Shown here: piece by piece, positions 11,322 through 20,567 of the stretch | How positions within the stretch are numbered: the first letter of the stretch is position 1 | Layout: every line of letters begins with the position of its first letter | Assembly (NCBI GenBank): GCA_963845565.1 | Contig: CAWJSJ010000002.1 | Span: forward strand, 2,656,001-2,720,000 | Reading direction: 5' to 3' | Length of the DNA: 64,000 nucleotides | DNA from: an uncultured Methylomirabilota bacterium | Lineage (GTDB): Bacteria > Methylomirabilota > Methylomirabilia > Methylomirabilales > 2-02-FULL-66-22 | The notes under the pieces: generated by a model | Database searches by the model: none | Seen by the model: only the letters and a program-made list of their open reading frames with translations | Told to the model about the DNA's origin: nothing | Translations under genes and position numbers: made by a program

Positions 11322-12490
11322 AGGCGATCGGGGAGCTGCTCCGCCGGTCTGGGCTCGAGGCGTTGCACGCCAAGGTCCGGGAGGGGAGACGGCTCGACTT
11401 CGACGACGGGATGCGCCTCTACCGGACGCCCGATCTCACCGCGGTCGGCTACCTGGCGAACCTGGCCCGCGAGCGTCGGAGCGGCGACCGAACCTATTTC
11501 GTCCGCAACCTGCACATCAACTACACCAACATCTGCAACAAGCTCTGCAAGTTCTGTTCGTTCTACACCGCTCCCAATAGTCAGGACGGACGAGGGTACG
11601 CGCTCACGCCCGAGGAGGCGGCGGCCCGTGTGGACCGGTATCGCGACGAGTCGATCCGGGAGATCCATATGGTGGCCGGCATCAATCCGAAGCTGTCCTA
11701 CGGCTACTATCTGGATCTGGTCCGCGCCGTGAAAGCGGCGCGGCCCGAGGCGCAGGTCAAGGCCTTCACCATGATCGAGCTGGCGCAGATCGCGCGCGTG
11801 GCCAAGCGACCGCTGGCGGACATCCTGCCGGAGCTCCAGGCGGCCGGGCTCGCGGCGTGCCCCGGGGGCGGCGCGGAGGTCTTCAGCGAGCGCGTCCACG
11901 AGGAGCTGTTCCGGGCCAAGCTGGACAACGAGGGCTGGTTCGAGGTGGCGCGCACGGTGCACCGCGCCGGCATCCGGTCGAACGTCACGATGCTGTACGG
12001 CCACATCGAGACGCCGGAGGAGAAGGTCCGCCACCTGCTGCACGTCCGCGAGCTGCAGGACGAGACCGGCGGGTTCATGTGCTTCGTGCCGCTGGCGTTC
12101 GACCCCGCCAACACCGAGCTCAGCCATCTTCCGGCGACGACCGGATACGCCAACCTCCGCGAGATCGCGGTGGGACGGCTCCTGCTCGATAATGTGGAAC
12201 ACGTCAAGGCCTTCTGGATCATGATCACGCCCGGTGTGGCGCAGATGGCGCTCTGGTACGGCGCGGACGATCTCGACGGCACCGTGTCGCACTACGAGAT
12301 CACGCACGCGCTGGGGACGCGCTCCCACCGCCAGGTTCTCACGGTGGATCAACTCCTGGAACTCAGCGTCGAGGTGGGGAGAATTCCCGTGGAACGGGAC
12401 GCACTCTACAACGTGATCGGCGAGTCGCGTGCGGCGACGGGTCCGTCGAGCGTCCTGGGACCAACCGCAGGCCCACGACGGGATTCCTGA
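11318..12490 (+). CDS. mqnE: Aminofutalosine synthase MqnE (radical SAM, CofH/MqnE family)
   Basis: NYTNICNKLCKFC, PGGGAEVF, TMLYGHIE, HVKAFWIM, GADDLDGT. Confidence 0.88.
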   Translation: MKAIGELLRRSGLEALHAKVREGRRLDFDDGMRLYRTPDLTAVGYLANLARERRSGDRTYFVRNLHINYTNICNKLCKFCSFYTAPNSQDGRGYALTPEEAAARVDRYRDESIREIHMVAGINPKLSYGYYLDLVRAVKAARPEAQVKAFTMIELAQIARVAKRPLADILPELQAAGLAACPGGGAEVFSERVHEELFRAKLDNEGWFEVARTVHRAGIRSNVTMLYGHIETPEEKVRHLLHVRELQDETGGFMCFVPLAFDPANTELSHLPATTGYANLREIAVGRLLLDNVEHVKAFWIMITPGVAQMALWYGADDLDGTVSHYEITHALGTRSHRQVLTVDQLLELSVEVGRIPVERDALYNVIGESRAATGPSSVLGPTAGPRRDS

Positions 12491-12494
12491 ACCG

Positions 12495-13592
12495 ATGGTG
12501 CACCCCTTCGACGACATCGAAGACAAGGTCCTCACCGGGGAACGGCTATCCTTCGAGGACGGCGTCCGATTGTTCCGACAGGCGAATCCGCTCCAGCTCT
12601 CGACGTGGGCGAGCCTGGTCCGATTTCGATTGCACCCCGAACGGCGCGTTACGTACGTGGTGGGGCGAGTCATCAACTACACCAATGTGTGCTGGGTGCA
12701 GTGCAAGTTCTGCAATTTCTACCGCCTCCCCGGCCAGGAGGGTGGGTACGTCCTGTCCCGGGAGGCGGTGTTCGAGAAGATCCGCGAACTGGTGAACCTG
12801 GGCGGCACCGAGGTTCTGATCCAGGGTGGGCTGAATCCGGCGCTCAAGCTGGAGTACTACGAGAACCTGTTCCGCGCCATCAAGGCCAACTTTGCGGTCC
12901 AGATCCACGGGCTCTCTCCGGTCGAGATCATCTATCTGGCGAAGATCTCTCAACTCAGCGAGCGAGATTGTCTTGCGCGCCTGCAGGCGGCGGGTCTGGA
13001 CTCCATTCCGGGGGCCGGGGCCGAGATTTTGGTCGAGGCGGTGCGGGAGCAGATTGCCCCCTACAAGAATTCTGCGGCCGCGTGGCTGGATCTCATGCGG
13101 ACGGCGCATCGCCTCGGGATCGGGTCCAGCGTCACCATGATGTACGGGTCGGTGGAGTCCATCGAACAGCGCGTGGAGCACCTGGTCCGCGTCCGGGCGC
13201 TGCAGGACGAGACCGGCGGTTTCCGCGCGTTCATCCCCTGGAGCTTCCAGCCGGAGGGGACGCACCTTGGCGACGTGAAGCGAGCCAGCGGCTTCGATTA
13301 CCTCCGGACCGTGGCGGTCTCGCGGCTCATGCTGGACAACGTGCCCAACATTCAGTCCTCGTGGCTCACCCAGGGGCCCAAGCTGGGTCAGATCGCTCTG
13401 CAGTACGGGGTCAACGACATGGGCAGCACCATTCTCGAGGAGAACGTCGTCTCCAAGGAATCGGTCTTCATGGTGCCCCTCTCCGAGATCGAGCGCCTCA
13501 TCACCGACGCCGGCTTCGTCCCCGCCCGCCGGAATACCACCTACGAGATCCTTCCGCTCCCTTCGGGGCCCGCAACCCACGCGGCAGCCTGA
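12495..13592 (+). CDS. mqnC: Cyclic dehypoxanthine futalosine synthase MqnC (radical SAM)
   Basis: NYTNVCWVQCKFC, SIPGAGAEIL, AFIPWSFQP, NIQSSWLTQG, NDMGSTILEENVV. Confidence 0.9.
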   Translation: MVHPFDDIEDKVLTGERLSFEDGVRLFRQANPLQLSTWASLVRFRLHPERRVTYVVGRVINYTNVCWVQCKFCNFYRLPGQEGGYVLSREAVFEKIRELVNLGGTEVLIQGGLNPALKLEYYENLFRAIKANFAVQIHGLSPVEIIYLAKISQLSERDCLARLQAAGLDSIPGAGAEILVEAVREQIAPYKNSAAAWLDLMRTAHRLGIGSSVTMMYGSVESIEQRVEHLVRVRALQDETGGFRAFIPWSFQPEGTHLGDVKRASGFDYLRTVAVSRLMLDNVPNIQSSWLTQGPKLGQIALQYGVNDMGSTILEENVVSKESVFMVPLSEIERLITDAGFVPARRNTTYEILPLPSGPATHAAA

Positions 13593-13612
13593 CCTTTCGG
13601 GGGGGCGTGGCG

Positions 13613-14554
13613 ATGAACCGATCCGGCGTCCGAGAACGCAGCACGCTCCTGGGCATCGCCGCGATCCTGCTCTGGAGCGGGACGGTGGCGCTGGCGCGGA
13701 GCATCGCCGAGCGCCTGGGCCCGCTCACGGCTGGTGCGGCGGTGTACCTGGCTGCCGCCGGGTTCCTGGGACTGCATGTCTGGTGGACCGAGCGCTCCTT
13801 CGGGCGCCTGGCGCGCCTGTCCCGCCGATACGTGATCGGCTGCGGTGCCCTCTTCGTGCTCTACACCGTGGCGCTGTTTCTTGCCTTGGGTCTCGCCGCC
13901 GACCGGCGCCAGACGGTGGAGGTCGGCCTGCTGAATTACTTGTGGCCCACGCTGACCATCCTCTTGGCGTTGCTCCTCCTCGGCCGGCGAGCCGGCGTGG
14001 CGCTGATCCCCGGCACGCTGCTGGCGCTGTGCGGCGTCTTCCTCGTGCTGACGCAGGGCGAGTCCGTGACGTGGAGCTCCGTTGCCGGGAATCTGCGGGG
14101 GAACCCCGTGGCGTACGCGCTGGGGGCATTCGCCGCGCTCACCTGGGCGCTGTATTCAAACCTGACCCGGCGGTGGGGTGGGCCGGAGGGCGGGGGAGGG
14201 GTGCTGCTCTTCATGCTGGCCACCGGCCTGGTGTTCTGGTTCGCGCGGCTGCTTCATCCGGAGGCCGGGGCCTGGAGCGTCGGGGTTGTGGCCGAGGTCG
14301 CCCTCCTCGCCCTGGCCACAGGACTGGCGTACGTCTTCTGGGACGTCGCCATGCGGACCGGAGATGCGATGCTGGTGGCCGCGTGCTCGTATCTCACGCC
14401 CTTCTTCTCCACCGTGGTGACCTGCCTGTATCTTCGCGTTCAGCCGGGTCCCACCCTGTGGATGGGGTGCGGACTCATCATCGCGGGCTCGTTCCTGAGC
14501 TGGCGCTCGATCCGTACGGACACCGACGATACGCCTCGGCCTGCCGCGCGCTGA
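13613..14554 (+). CDS. DMT/EamA family transporter (YddG-like)
   Basis: About 10 TM helices; EVGLLNYLWP, WALYSNLTR, SYLTP. Confidence 0.82.
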   Translation: MNRSGVRERSTLLGIAAILLWSGTVALARSIAERLGPLTAGAAVYLAAAGFLGLHVWWTERSFGRLARLSRRYVIGCGALFVLYTVALFLALGLAADRRQTVEVGLLNYLWPTLTILLALLLLGRRAGVALIPGTLLALCGVFLVLTQGESVTWSSVAGNLRGNPVAYALGAFAALTWALYSNLTRRWGGPEGGGGVLLFMLATGLVFWFARLLHPEAGAWSVGVVAEVALLALATGLAYVFWDVAMRTGDAMLVAACSYLTPFFSTVVTCLYLRVQPGPTLWMGCGLIIAGSFLSWRSIRTDTDDTPRPAAR

Positions 14555-14595
14555 CGATCCGTCCCGGCTGCCCGCCCACCCCGAGACGGCCCGCG

Positions 14596-15078
14596 TCAAC
14601 GCATCAAACTCTGCGCAAAGAGGTCCAGCGCCGCAGCGGCGAACGCACGCATGTTGGCGAGGCGATCGGCCCGGCCCGTCTCCAGCGTGAGTGCGGATTC
14701 CGCCGGGCCGGCGACCCCCAGGCAGACATGCCCCGGCGGATCCCCATACCGGTTACCCGCCGGCCCCGTCGCGCCGGTCTCGCCCAAGCCCCAGGTTGCG
14801 GAGAGCTGCTGCCGGACCGTGCGCGCGAGAAGCAGCGCATACGGTTCGGTTGCCGGTCGGAGCCCGGTCAGCGCCGCGCTCGGGAGGTCCAAGAACACGC
14901 CACGCGCGGCGTATGTGTACACGACCGCGCCGCCGAGGAAATAGGCAGACGCCCCCGGCACGGCGAGCAGGGCGGCCGACAGCAGCCCGCCGGCAGACGA
15001 TTCGGCGACCGCCACGGTCTCGCCCCGCTTCTTGAGCAGGGCGGCCACCTTCTCGGCACAGGGTACCAGATCCTGCAT
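14596..15078 (-). CDS. CinA C-terminal / PncC-like NMN deamidase family protein
   Basis: VAVAESSAGG, PGASAYFLGG, ETGATGP. Confidence 0.88.
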   Translation of the reverse strand: MQDLVPCAEKVAALLKKRGETVAVAESSAGGLLSAALLAVPGASAYFLGGAVVYTYAARGVFLDLPSAALTGLRPATEPYALLLARTVRQQLSATWGLGETGATGPAGNRYGDPPGHVCLGVAGPAESALTLETGRADRLANMRAFAAAALDLFAQSLMR

Positions 15079-15320
15079 GGGGGCTCCTTTTCATGGACGA
15101 AAGACCGCGAGCGGCGCTCGATCGATACAACAGGGATCGCAGGCTCGATCTGTCGCGGGACGAGCCCGAGCCGCCCGACCTCCGTCGTTCTGGACGGTTG
15201 TGTATCGGAGATCCGCGCGGGAGCCTACCCAATCGCTTCCCTGATGTCAATTGACGGACGATCCGAGAACGAACCGAGAGTGCGGCGGCTCGCTCCGGCC
15301 GCCCGAACCCTCCCCTCCTG

Positions 15321-15348
15321 TTGACAGACAGAGCGGATTCGCTATAGT
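15321..15348 (+). promoter_or_regulatory. Sigma70-type promoter upstream of the PilZ gene
   Basis: TTGACA-N16-TATAGT. Confidence 0.6.
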
Positions 15349-15495
15349 GCGTCCTTAAGGGGTCATGGCGGCCAGAACCCGAGCGCATCGAGATCCGGAA
15401 GTCCGCCGTTGTGCGGGTCGGATGACCGGCATTCGGTGCACCGGGGCGGCCGTCGGGCGTTTGGCGCACCGGAGAGAATCGTCGGAGGCGTGGGC

Positions 15496-16203
15496 ATGCC
15501 AACAGGAACGGGCGGGCGGACGTTGCCGCGGTATCAAATCATTCTTCCGGTGTCGTATGACGCCACACCCGATGGGGCTCCCGCGCCCAGGGAAGGCTCC
15601 GGCTGGACCCGCAACCTGAGCGACACGGGTGCGTGTCTGGAGCTGAACGAAGCGGTTCCAGTCGGTACCACGCTCCGTCTGACGCTCCGGGATGAAGGGG
15701 GTGCGGTGGCGCTGGAGGCCCGGGTGATCTGGGTTGGCCATCCCCGCGTCCCCGCGGGGGGTATCCTCCACGGAGTAAACTTTGGGGACCTCACGCTGCA
15801 CCAGCGACTCGTCCTGCCGACCCTCTGCCGGCGCCACACCGGGTTACGGGTGCAGGCGACGCGCATCCCCGCGGCGCTCCCCGCCATGTGCCGGCCACTC
15901 GGGGCGGCCGGGCCGCCTCTCCGGGGCTGGACCGGCGACCTCGGCCGTGAAGGCTGCCTGTTGCTGTTACCGGAGCAGCTCGTCGTGGGGACGCTGATCG
16001 CGGTCACCCTCACCACGCCGCGGGGCGACGTTACCGCCGAGGCGACGGTGGTGTGGGGCGAGCCGGCCGTCCAGGCCGTGTTGCGTCAGCTCACGCGGCA
16101 CGGCGTGCGGTTCATCGAGGCCCGCGCGCTCCAGGACACGCTCGTCGCCATGCTTCGGGAGGGGTCTCCGGCAGGCGGGGCGGCCACGCTGCCGGTTGCG
16201 TGA
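15496..16203 (+). CDS. Tandem PilZ-domain protein
   Basis: Domain 1 RTLPR + NLSDTG, ARVIW..HGVNF; domain 2 DLGREG, ATVVW..HGVRF; GGAGG upstream. Confidence 0.82.
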   Translation: MPTGTGGRTLPRYQIILPVSYDATPDGAPAPREGSGWTRNLSDTGACLELNEAVPVGTTLRLTLRDEGGAVALEARVIWVGHPRVPAGGILHGVNFGDLTLHQRLVLPTLCRRHTGLRVQATRIPAALPAMCRPLGAAGPPLRGWTGDLGREGCLLLLPEQLVVGTLIAVTLTTPRGDVTAEATVVWGEPAVQAVLRQLTRHGVRFIEARALQDTLVAMLREGSPAGGAATLPVA

Positions 16204-16448
16204 CACGGCCGGCCCTGGCAGGAGCGCCGACGGTCTCCCCGACGTCTCTCCCGCCTTGCGAAAGCTCCCGCACCACTCCCACCCGTCAATGGTGAGGCTC
16301 TCAGCTCGACAGGCAACCGCGCGTGGCTCCCCGGGTTGTTCCTCACCACGAACTCGACCGCAGATCGCGGGGCGATCCTGCGGCATGGCGGAAGCGTGCG
16401 GCGTCCGTCGGCCGTGAGGCGCCACCGGCCCTTCCGCCACGGCCGACC

Positions 16449-16477
16449 TTGACAAGCCCGACCCCCTGGCCTACGTT
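16449..16477 (+). promoter_or_regulatory. Sigma70-type promoter of rtcB
   Basis: TTGACA-N17-TACGTT, followed by AAGGAGGTG SD region. Confidence 0.6.
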
Positions 16478-16504
16478 GGCGGTATGCGAAGGAGGTGAAG
16501 GAGG

Positions 16505-17953
16505 ATGACCCTTCCTGTCGAGCGCATCGATGACTACCGCTGGCAGATTCCGGCGGGCAGCAAGCCGGGGATGAAGGTGCCTGCGATTATCTTTGCCGAC
16601 GAGAAGCTGATGGAACAGGTCAAGGGCGACCTGTCCCTGGAGCAGGCGGCTAACGGCGCCACGCTGCCGGGTGTGGTCCGGGCAGCGTACACGATGCCGG
16701 ACATCCATCAGGGGTACGGTCTGCCGATCGGCGCGGTGGTGGCGATGCGGACGGATGGCGGTGTCGTCACGCCGGGCGGCGTCGGTTATGACATCAACTG
16801 CGGCGTGCGGCTCCTGCGTACGGACCTCACCAAGACCGAGGTCGTGCCGCGGATCAAAGAGCTCGTGAACACGCTCTTCGCCGAGATCCCGAGCGGGGTG
16901 GGGTCGCATGGCAAGGTCCGTCTGACGAAGGAGAACCAGATGCGGCCCCTCGTGGAGGGTGCGCGCTGGGCGGTACAGGAGGGGATGGGCGAGCCGGAAG
17001 ACCTGGTGTTTACCGAGGCGGGCGGCTGCATTCCGGGGGCGAACCCCGATGCGGTGAGCCACAAGGCGTACGAGCGCGGACGCGACCAAGAGGGCACCCT
17101 GGGGTCCGGGAACCACTTCGCAGAGGTGCAATTCGTCGACCGGATTTACGACGAGGACGCGGCACAGGCGTTGGGCTTCTTCCCCGGTCAGATCACGGTG
17201 CTCATCCACACAGGCTCCAGGGGGTTCGGCCATCAGGTGTGCACGGATTATCTGGCCGGCATGGAGCGGGCCGTCAAGAAATACGGAATCCAGGTGCCGG
17301 ACAGGCAGCTCGCATGCGCTCCGTTCGATTCCGAGGAGGCTCAGGCCTATCTCGGGGCCATGCGCGCGGCGGCGAATTACGCCTGGGCCAACCGGCAATG
17401 TCTGACGCACTGGACGCGCCAGGTCTTCGAGCGGCTCTTCCGGAAGTCCCCGCGGGATCTCGGCATGTGCGTGGTCTACGACGTTGCCCACAACATCGCC
17501 AAGGTCGAGGAGCACCAGGTCGGAGGCCGGTCCATGCGGCTCGTCGTCCACCGGAAGGGGGCGACACGAGCCTTCCCGCCGGGGCACCCGGAACTCCCGG
17601 AGCGGTACCGAGCCGTCGGGCAGCCCGTCCTGGTTCCCGGAGACATGGGGCGAGCGTCGTTCGTCCTGGTGGGGACGAAGGGCGCCATGGACGAGACGTT
17701 CGGGAGCACGTGCCACGGGGCCGGTCGCTTGTTGAGCCGGGCGGCCGCCATCAAGGCGGCCCGCGGTCGGGCCATCGAGCGGGAGCTCGAGGACACGCAC
17801 GGAGTCTATGTCCGGGCGACCGGTCGTGACTCTGTGAAAGAAGAGATGCCCGAGGCCTACAAGAACGTCCAGGACGTCGTCAGTGTCTGCCATAACGCCG
17901 GCATCTCCAAGATGGTTGCCAGACTCCGACCGCTCGGCTGCATCAAGGGGTAG
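16505..17953 (+). CDS. rtcB: RNA-splicing/repair ligase RtcB
   Basis: MPDIHQGYG, VGYDINCG, GSGNHFAE, HTGSRG, HRKGAT, HGAGR, EMPEAYK. Confidence 0.96.
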   Translation: MTLPVERIDDYRWQIPAGSKPGMKVPAIIFADEKLMEQVKGDLSLEQAANGATLPGVVRAAYTMPDIHQGYGLPIGAVVAMRTDGGVVTPGGVGYDINCGVRLLRTDLTKTEVVPRIKELVNTLFAEIPSGVGSHGKVRLTKENQMRPLVEGARWAVQEGMGEPEDLVFTEAGGCIPGANPDAVSHKAYERGRDQEGTLGSGNHFAEVQFVDRIYDEDAAQALGFFPGQITVLIHTGSRGFGHQVCTDYLAGMERAVKKYGIQVPDRQLACAPFDSEEAQAYLGAMRAAANYAWANRQCLTHWTRQVFERLFRKSPRDLGMCVVYDVAHNIAKVEEHQVGGRSMRLVVHRKGATRAFPPGHPELPERYRAVGQPVLVPGDMGRASFVLVGTKGAMDETFGSTCHGAGRLLSRAAAIKAARGRAIERELEDTHGVYVRATGRDSVKEEMPEAYKNVQDVVSVCHNAGISKMVARLRPLGCIKG

Positions 17954-18212
17954 GGCGCACAGCGCAACCGTAGAGCGTGCGGGGCGTGAGGCGTGACGGG
18001 TGAGGGGAGCGGGCCACAGACGGCAGAGAGGGTAACGGCGGGCGTGGGCCGTGACTGAGATACTCAAATTCATTGCCGATCTGGCGGCCACGATTGCCGG
18101 CTGGGTCAGGATCCTGCGGTAGCGGTCGGCGCGCAGAACGCGAGAACGTGGTCGCCGTGCCGCGTTGTGCCGCCATCATGCGTCGTGCGCGGCTGGGGAA
18201 GAGGTGGACCGG

Positions 18213-18521
18213 ATGGGAGCCCTGGTGAAGGTCGCCCTGGTCTCGGATCTCGCGCCGGGGCAGGGGAAGACCGTGGAGCGGCGGGGCGTGGCCATCGCGC
18301 TCTTCAACGTCGATGGCACGTTTCGCGCGATCGGGAACGCTTGTTGCCACCACGGGGGGCCGCTGGCCGAGGGGGAGCTGACGGGGACGATCGTCGCCTG
18401 CCCCTGGCACGGGTGGCGGTTTGATGTCGTTACCGGGTCGACGCTCCGGAATGCGGAGATCGGCGTGCCCACCTACCGCGTCGAGGTGCGAGGCGACGAG
18501 GTGTTCGTCGAATTGCCCTAG
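18213..18521 (+). CDS. Rieske [2Fe-2S] ferredoxin
   Basis: CxH (CCH) ... CPWHG Rieske ligands. Confidence 0.92.
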   Translation: MGALVKVALVSDLAPGQGKTVERRGVAIALFNVDGTFRAIGNACCHHGGPLAEGELTGTIVACPWHGWRFDVVTGSTLRNAEIGVPTYRVEVRGDEVFVELP

Positions 18522-18616
18522 GGATGCAAGAGGGCACACTCCCCAACCATCACGCCGGTGGACGTCTCACCGGGCGGCGCATACGGGTCGTGGATGCGGA
18601 AAGAGCGCGCGCGGAA

Positions 18617-18820
18617 TTAGGCGCTCGGGTTGGCCTCCACCTCGGCCGGGGATGCCGGAGCCGGGGCGGCAGGGGCAGGCGCGGGGGTTGGGGCCTCGGC
18701 CTTGCGCCGGGTCTTTGCACTGCCGCTGGCGCTGGCCGCGATGGCGGCCTGGCGGCGGATCTTCAGGCGGTCCTGACGGCGCTGGCGCCGGCGTCGAATC
18801 TCGGTTTCCTTTTCTCGCAC
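18617..18820 (-). CDS. Small basic protein (DUF6800-like)
   Basis: AAGGAGG SD before GTG; EIRRRRQRRQDRLK basic helix plus Ala/Pro tail. Confidence 0.65.
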   Translation of the reverse strand: MREKETEIRRRRQRRQDRLKIRRQAAIAASASGSAKTRRKAEAPTPAPAPAAPAPASPAEVEANPSA

Positions 18821-18873
18821 GAAATGCCTCCTTGTCGAATCTGTTTCGAGTGTGCCGGGGCAACGAGGGGCTA

Positions 18874-18902
18874 AGGGTAATCAGATACGGCCGCGCTGTC
18901 AA
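18874..18902 (-). promoter_or_regulatory. Sigma70-type promoter of the small basic protein gene
   Basis: TTGACA-N17-TACCCT on the minus strand. Confidence 0.5.
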
Positions 18903-19085
18903 TCAATTAGCCCCCCAGTCCCGAGTCGTCGACGGCCATTCAAAATACGCGAAACCGTTCGCCGGTGTCAATCCCGCTCAGTCAAAGGTTCGGCTTTACC
19001 GGCATTGGCCCGAAGGGGTCTTTGGGTCCGTTGCAGGCGGACCGGGGACGACGGCTCGTGCGCCTACCCGTCAGCGGCACCCCCC

Positions 19086-19586
19086 TCACCAATCCTTATA
19101 GCTTTCCGCCTTGATCCCAGGCAGTGTCTTGAGGGGCTTGTCCTTGCTCTTGCTGTGCACATCCTCGATCCCGGACACGGTTCCGGTCCGATCCGCGAGC
19201 AGTTTCAGATCCCAGTCCGCCTTGCCGGTCATGGGGTCGGTGTACAGGCGGCGCAGGTACCGGCGGGTCTGCAGCTGAGTCCGGTCCTCGAGCAGCTCCT
19301 TGAGCTCCTTGGGAAGGCGGTTCTTGTCGGCGCGATAACGGATGATGCCGCGCCGGATCTCGGACAAGCGGAACAGCAGCTCCTCCTCCTTCTCCCGCTT
19401 GATCTGGGTCGTCCAGAGCTCGGCCACGCCGGCCGTCGCCACGCCGATGACCAGGATGCCGGCGAGTAACATGGGAAACACGATGCCGCGGGGGGGTCGG
19501 CGGGCCGCGGGCCGCGGGCCGCGAGCCGCGAGCCGCGGTGTGGCGCGGGAGCCGAGGAGGGAGAACCCCGGATGACTGCTGCACAT
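19086..19586 (-). CDS. Minor pseudopilin-like type II secretion protein (no Glu5)
   Basis: RG|IVFPMLLAGILVIGV, REKEEELLF, RYLRRLYTDPMTG; start uncertain. Confidence 0.8.
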   Translation of the reverse strand: MCSSHPGFSLLGSRATPRLAARGPRPAARRPPRGIVFPMLLAGILVIGVATAGVAELWTTQIKREKEEELLFRLSEIRRGIIRYRADKNRLPKELKELLEDRTQLQTRRYLRRLYTDPMTGKADWDLKLLADRTGTVSGIEDVHSKSKDKPLKTLPGIKAESYKDW

Positions 19587-19599
19587 CAAGCGTGTGACC

Positions 19600-19995
19600 T
19601 CACCAGTCCGCGTATCGCGAACCGTCCCGCGCCGTCCTGTCGGAGCCGCTTCGCACGTCGTACACGCCCGCCGATTGTCCCTGCTCGTCCGTCGCCGGGA
19701 CGAGGACCCAGGTGTCCGCCGAGCCGGTGACCGGGTCCTTCGGAACCTGACGGATGTACCCCTTCTCGACCAGTTCGCTGAGCGAGGCGGGATACTTGGT
19801 ATTGTCGGCATAGAACTGATCGATGACGTCGCGGAAGATGAACAGGTTCTCCTTGAGCGTGGCCTCTTTGGCGGCCGTGACGGCCCGGTTGAAGTTGGGC
19901 TGTGCCAGTGTGACCAGGATGCCGATGATGGTGATGACGATCAGGATTTCGATGAGGGTGAAACCGCGTGAGGAGATCCGCGGACGACGAGCCAC
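19600..19995 (-). CDS. Pseudopilin, GspG/OxpG-like
   Basis: RG|FTLIEILIV, IDQFYAD..YP..L.ELV..GYIRQVPKDPVT. Confidence 0.88.
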   Translation of the reverse strand: MARRPRISSRGFTLIEILIVITIIGILVTLAQPNFNRAVTAAKEATLKENLFIFRDVIDQFYADNTKYPASLSELVEKGYIRQVPKDPVTGSADTWVLVPATDEQGQSAGVYDVRSGSDRTARDGSRYADW

Positions 19996-20078
19996 GAGCC
20001 AGCGAGCCGCGGGCCGCGGATGAGGAGCCGCGACACGAGTGATTACGACCGGCCGGCGACCGACGGGGCGTGGCGGAC

Positions 20079-20567
20079 CTACCAGGTGTCATATGTCGTT
20101 CCATCGAGGGCGACCGCCTTGCTCGCGCTGCGGATGTCGTAGACATCCTTGGCGTCCGAAAGACTGGATTCGGGGTTGTCGGAGAAGGACCGGACGACCC
20201 ATTTTCCGTCGGCGGTCATCGGATCGCGGGGGACGCGCCGGAGGATCTTGGTCTCCGCCAACTCGTCCAGCGTGAGCGGATACCCCGTCCGATCCACCGA
20301 CACCTTCCGCTTGAACACGTCGCGAGCGTCCCGCACGTTGGTGCGGGCCTTGTCGTACTCCGCCTTGAACTGGTCGATGCCCTGGCGAACGCTCCGCAGG
20401 CTTCGGCGAAGTTCAAGCTCCCGCGTTCGGATCGCGGTGACCTGCGCAAGCGGCAAGGCCACCCCGGCCAGGATCCCCAGCACCGCCACGGCGACCAGCA
20501 ACTCGATGAGGGTGACCCCGCTCCGCCTCCGCCGCCGGACGGGCCTCATCTGTGTGCACGCTTCCAT
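20079..20567 (-). CDS. Pseudopilin, GspG-like
   Basis: SG|VTLIELLVAV, LRRVPRDPMT, DVYDIRS. Confidence 0.88.
   Translation of the reverse strand: MEACTQMRPVRRRRRSGVTLIELLVAVAVLGILAGVALPLAQVTAIRTRELELRRSLRSVRQGIDQFKAEYDKARTNVRDARDVFKRKVSVDRTGYPLTLDELAETKILRRVPRDPMTADGKWVVRSFSDNPESSLSDAKDVYDIRSASKAVALDGTTYDTW

Noticed and set aside
11318..13592. F420 biosynthesis CofH/CofG assignment for the two radical SAM genes
   Set aside because: Paired arrangement, motifs and respiratory context fit MqnE/MqnC better; no other cof genes present
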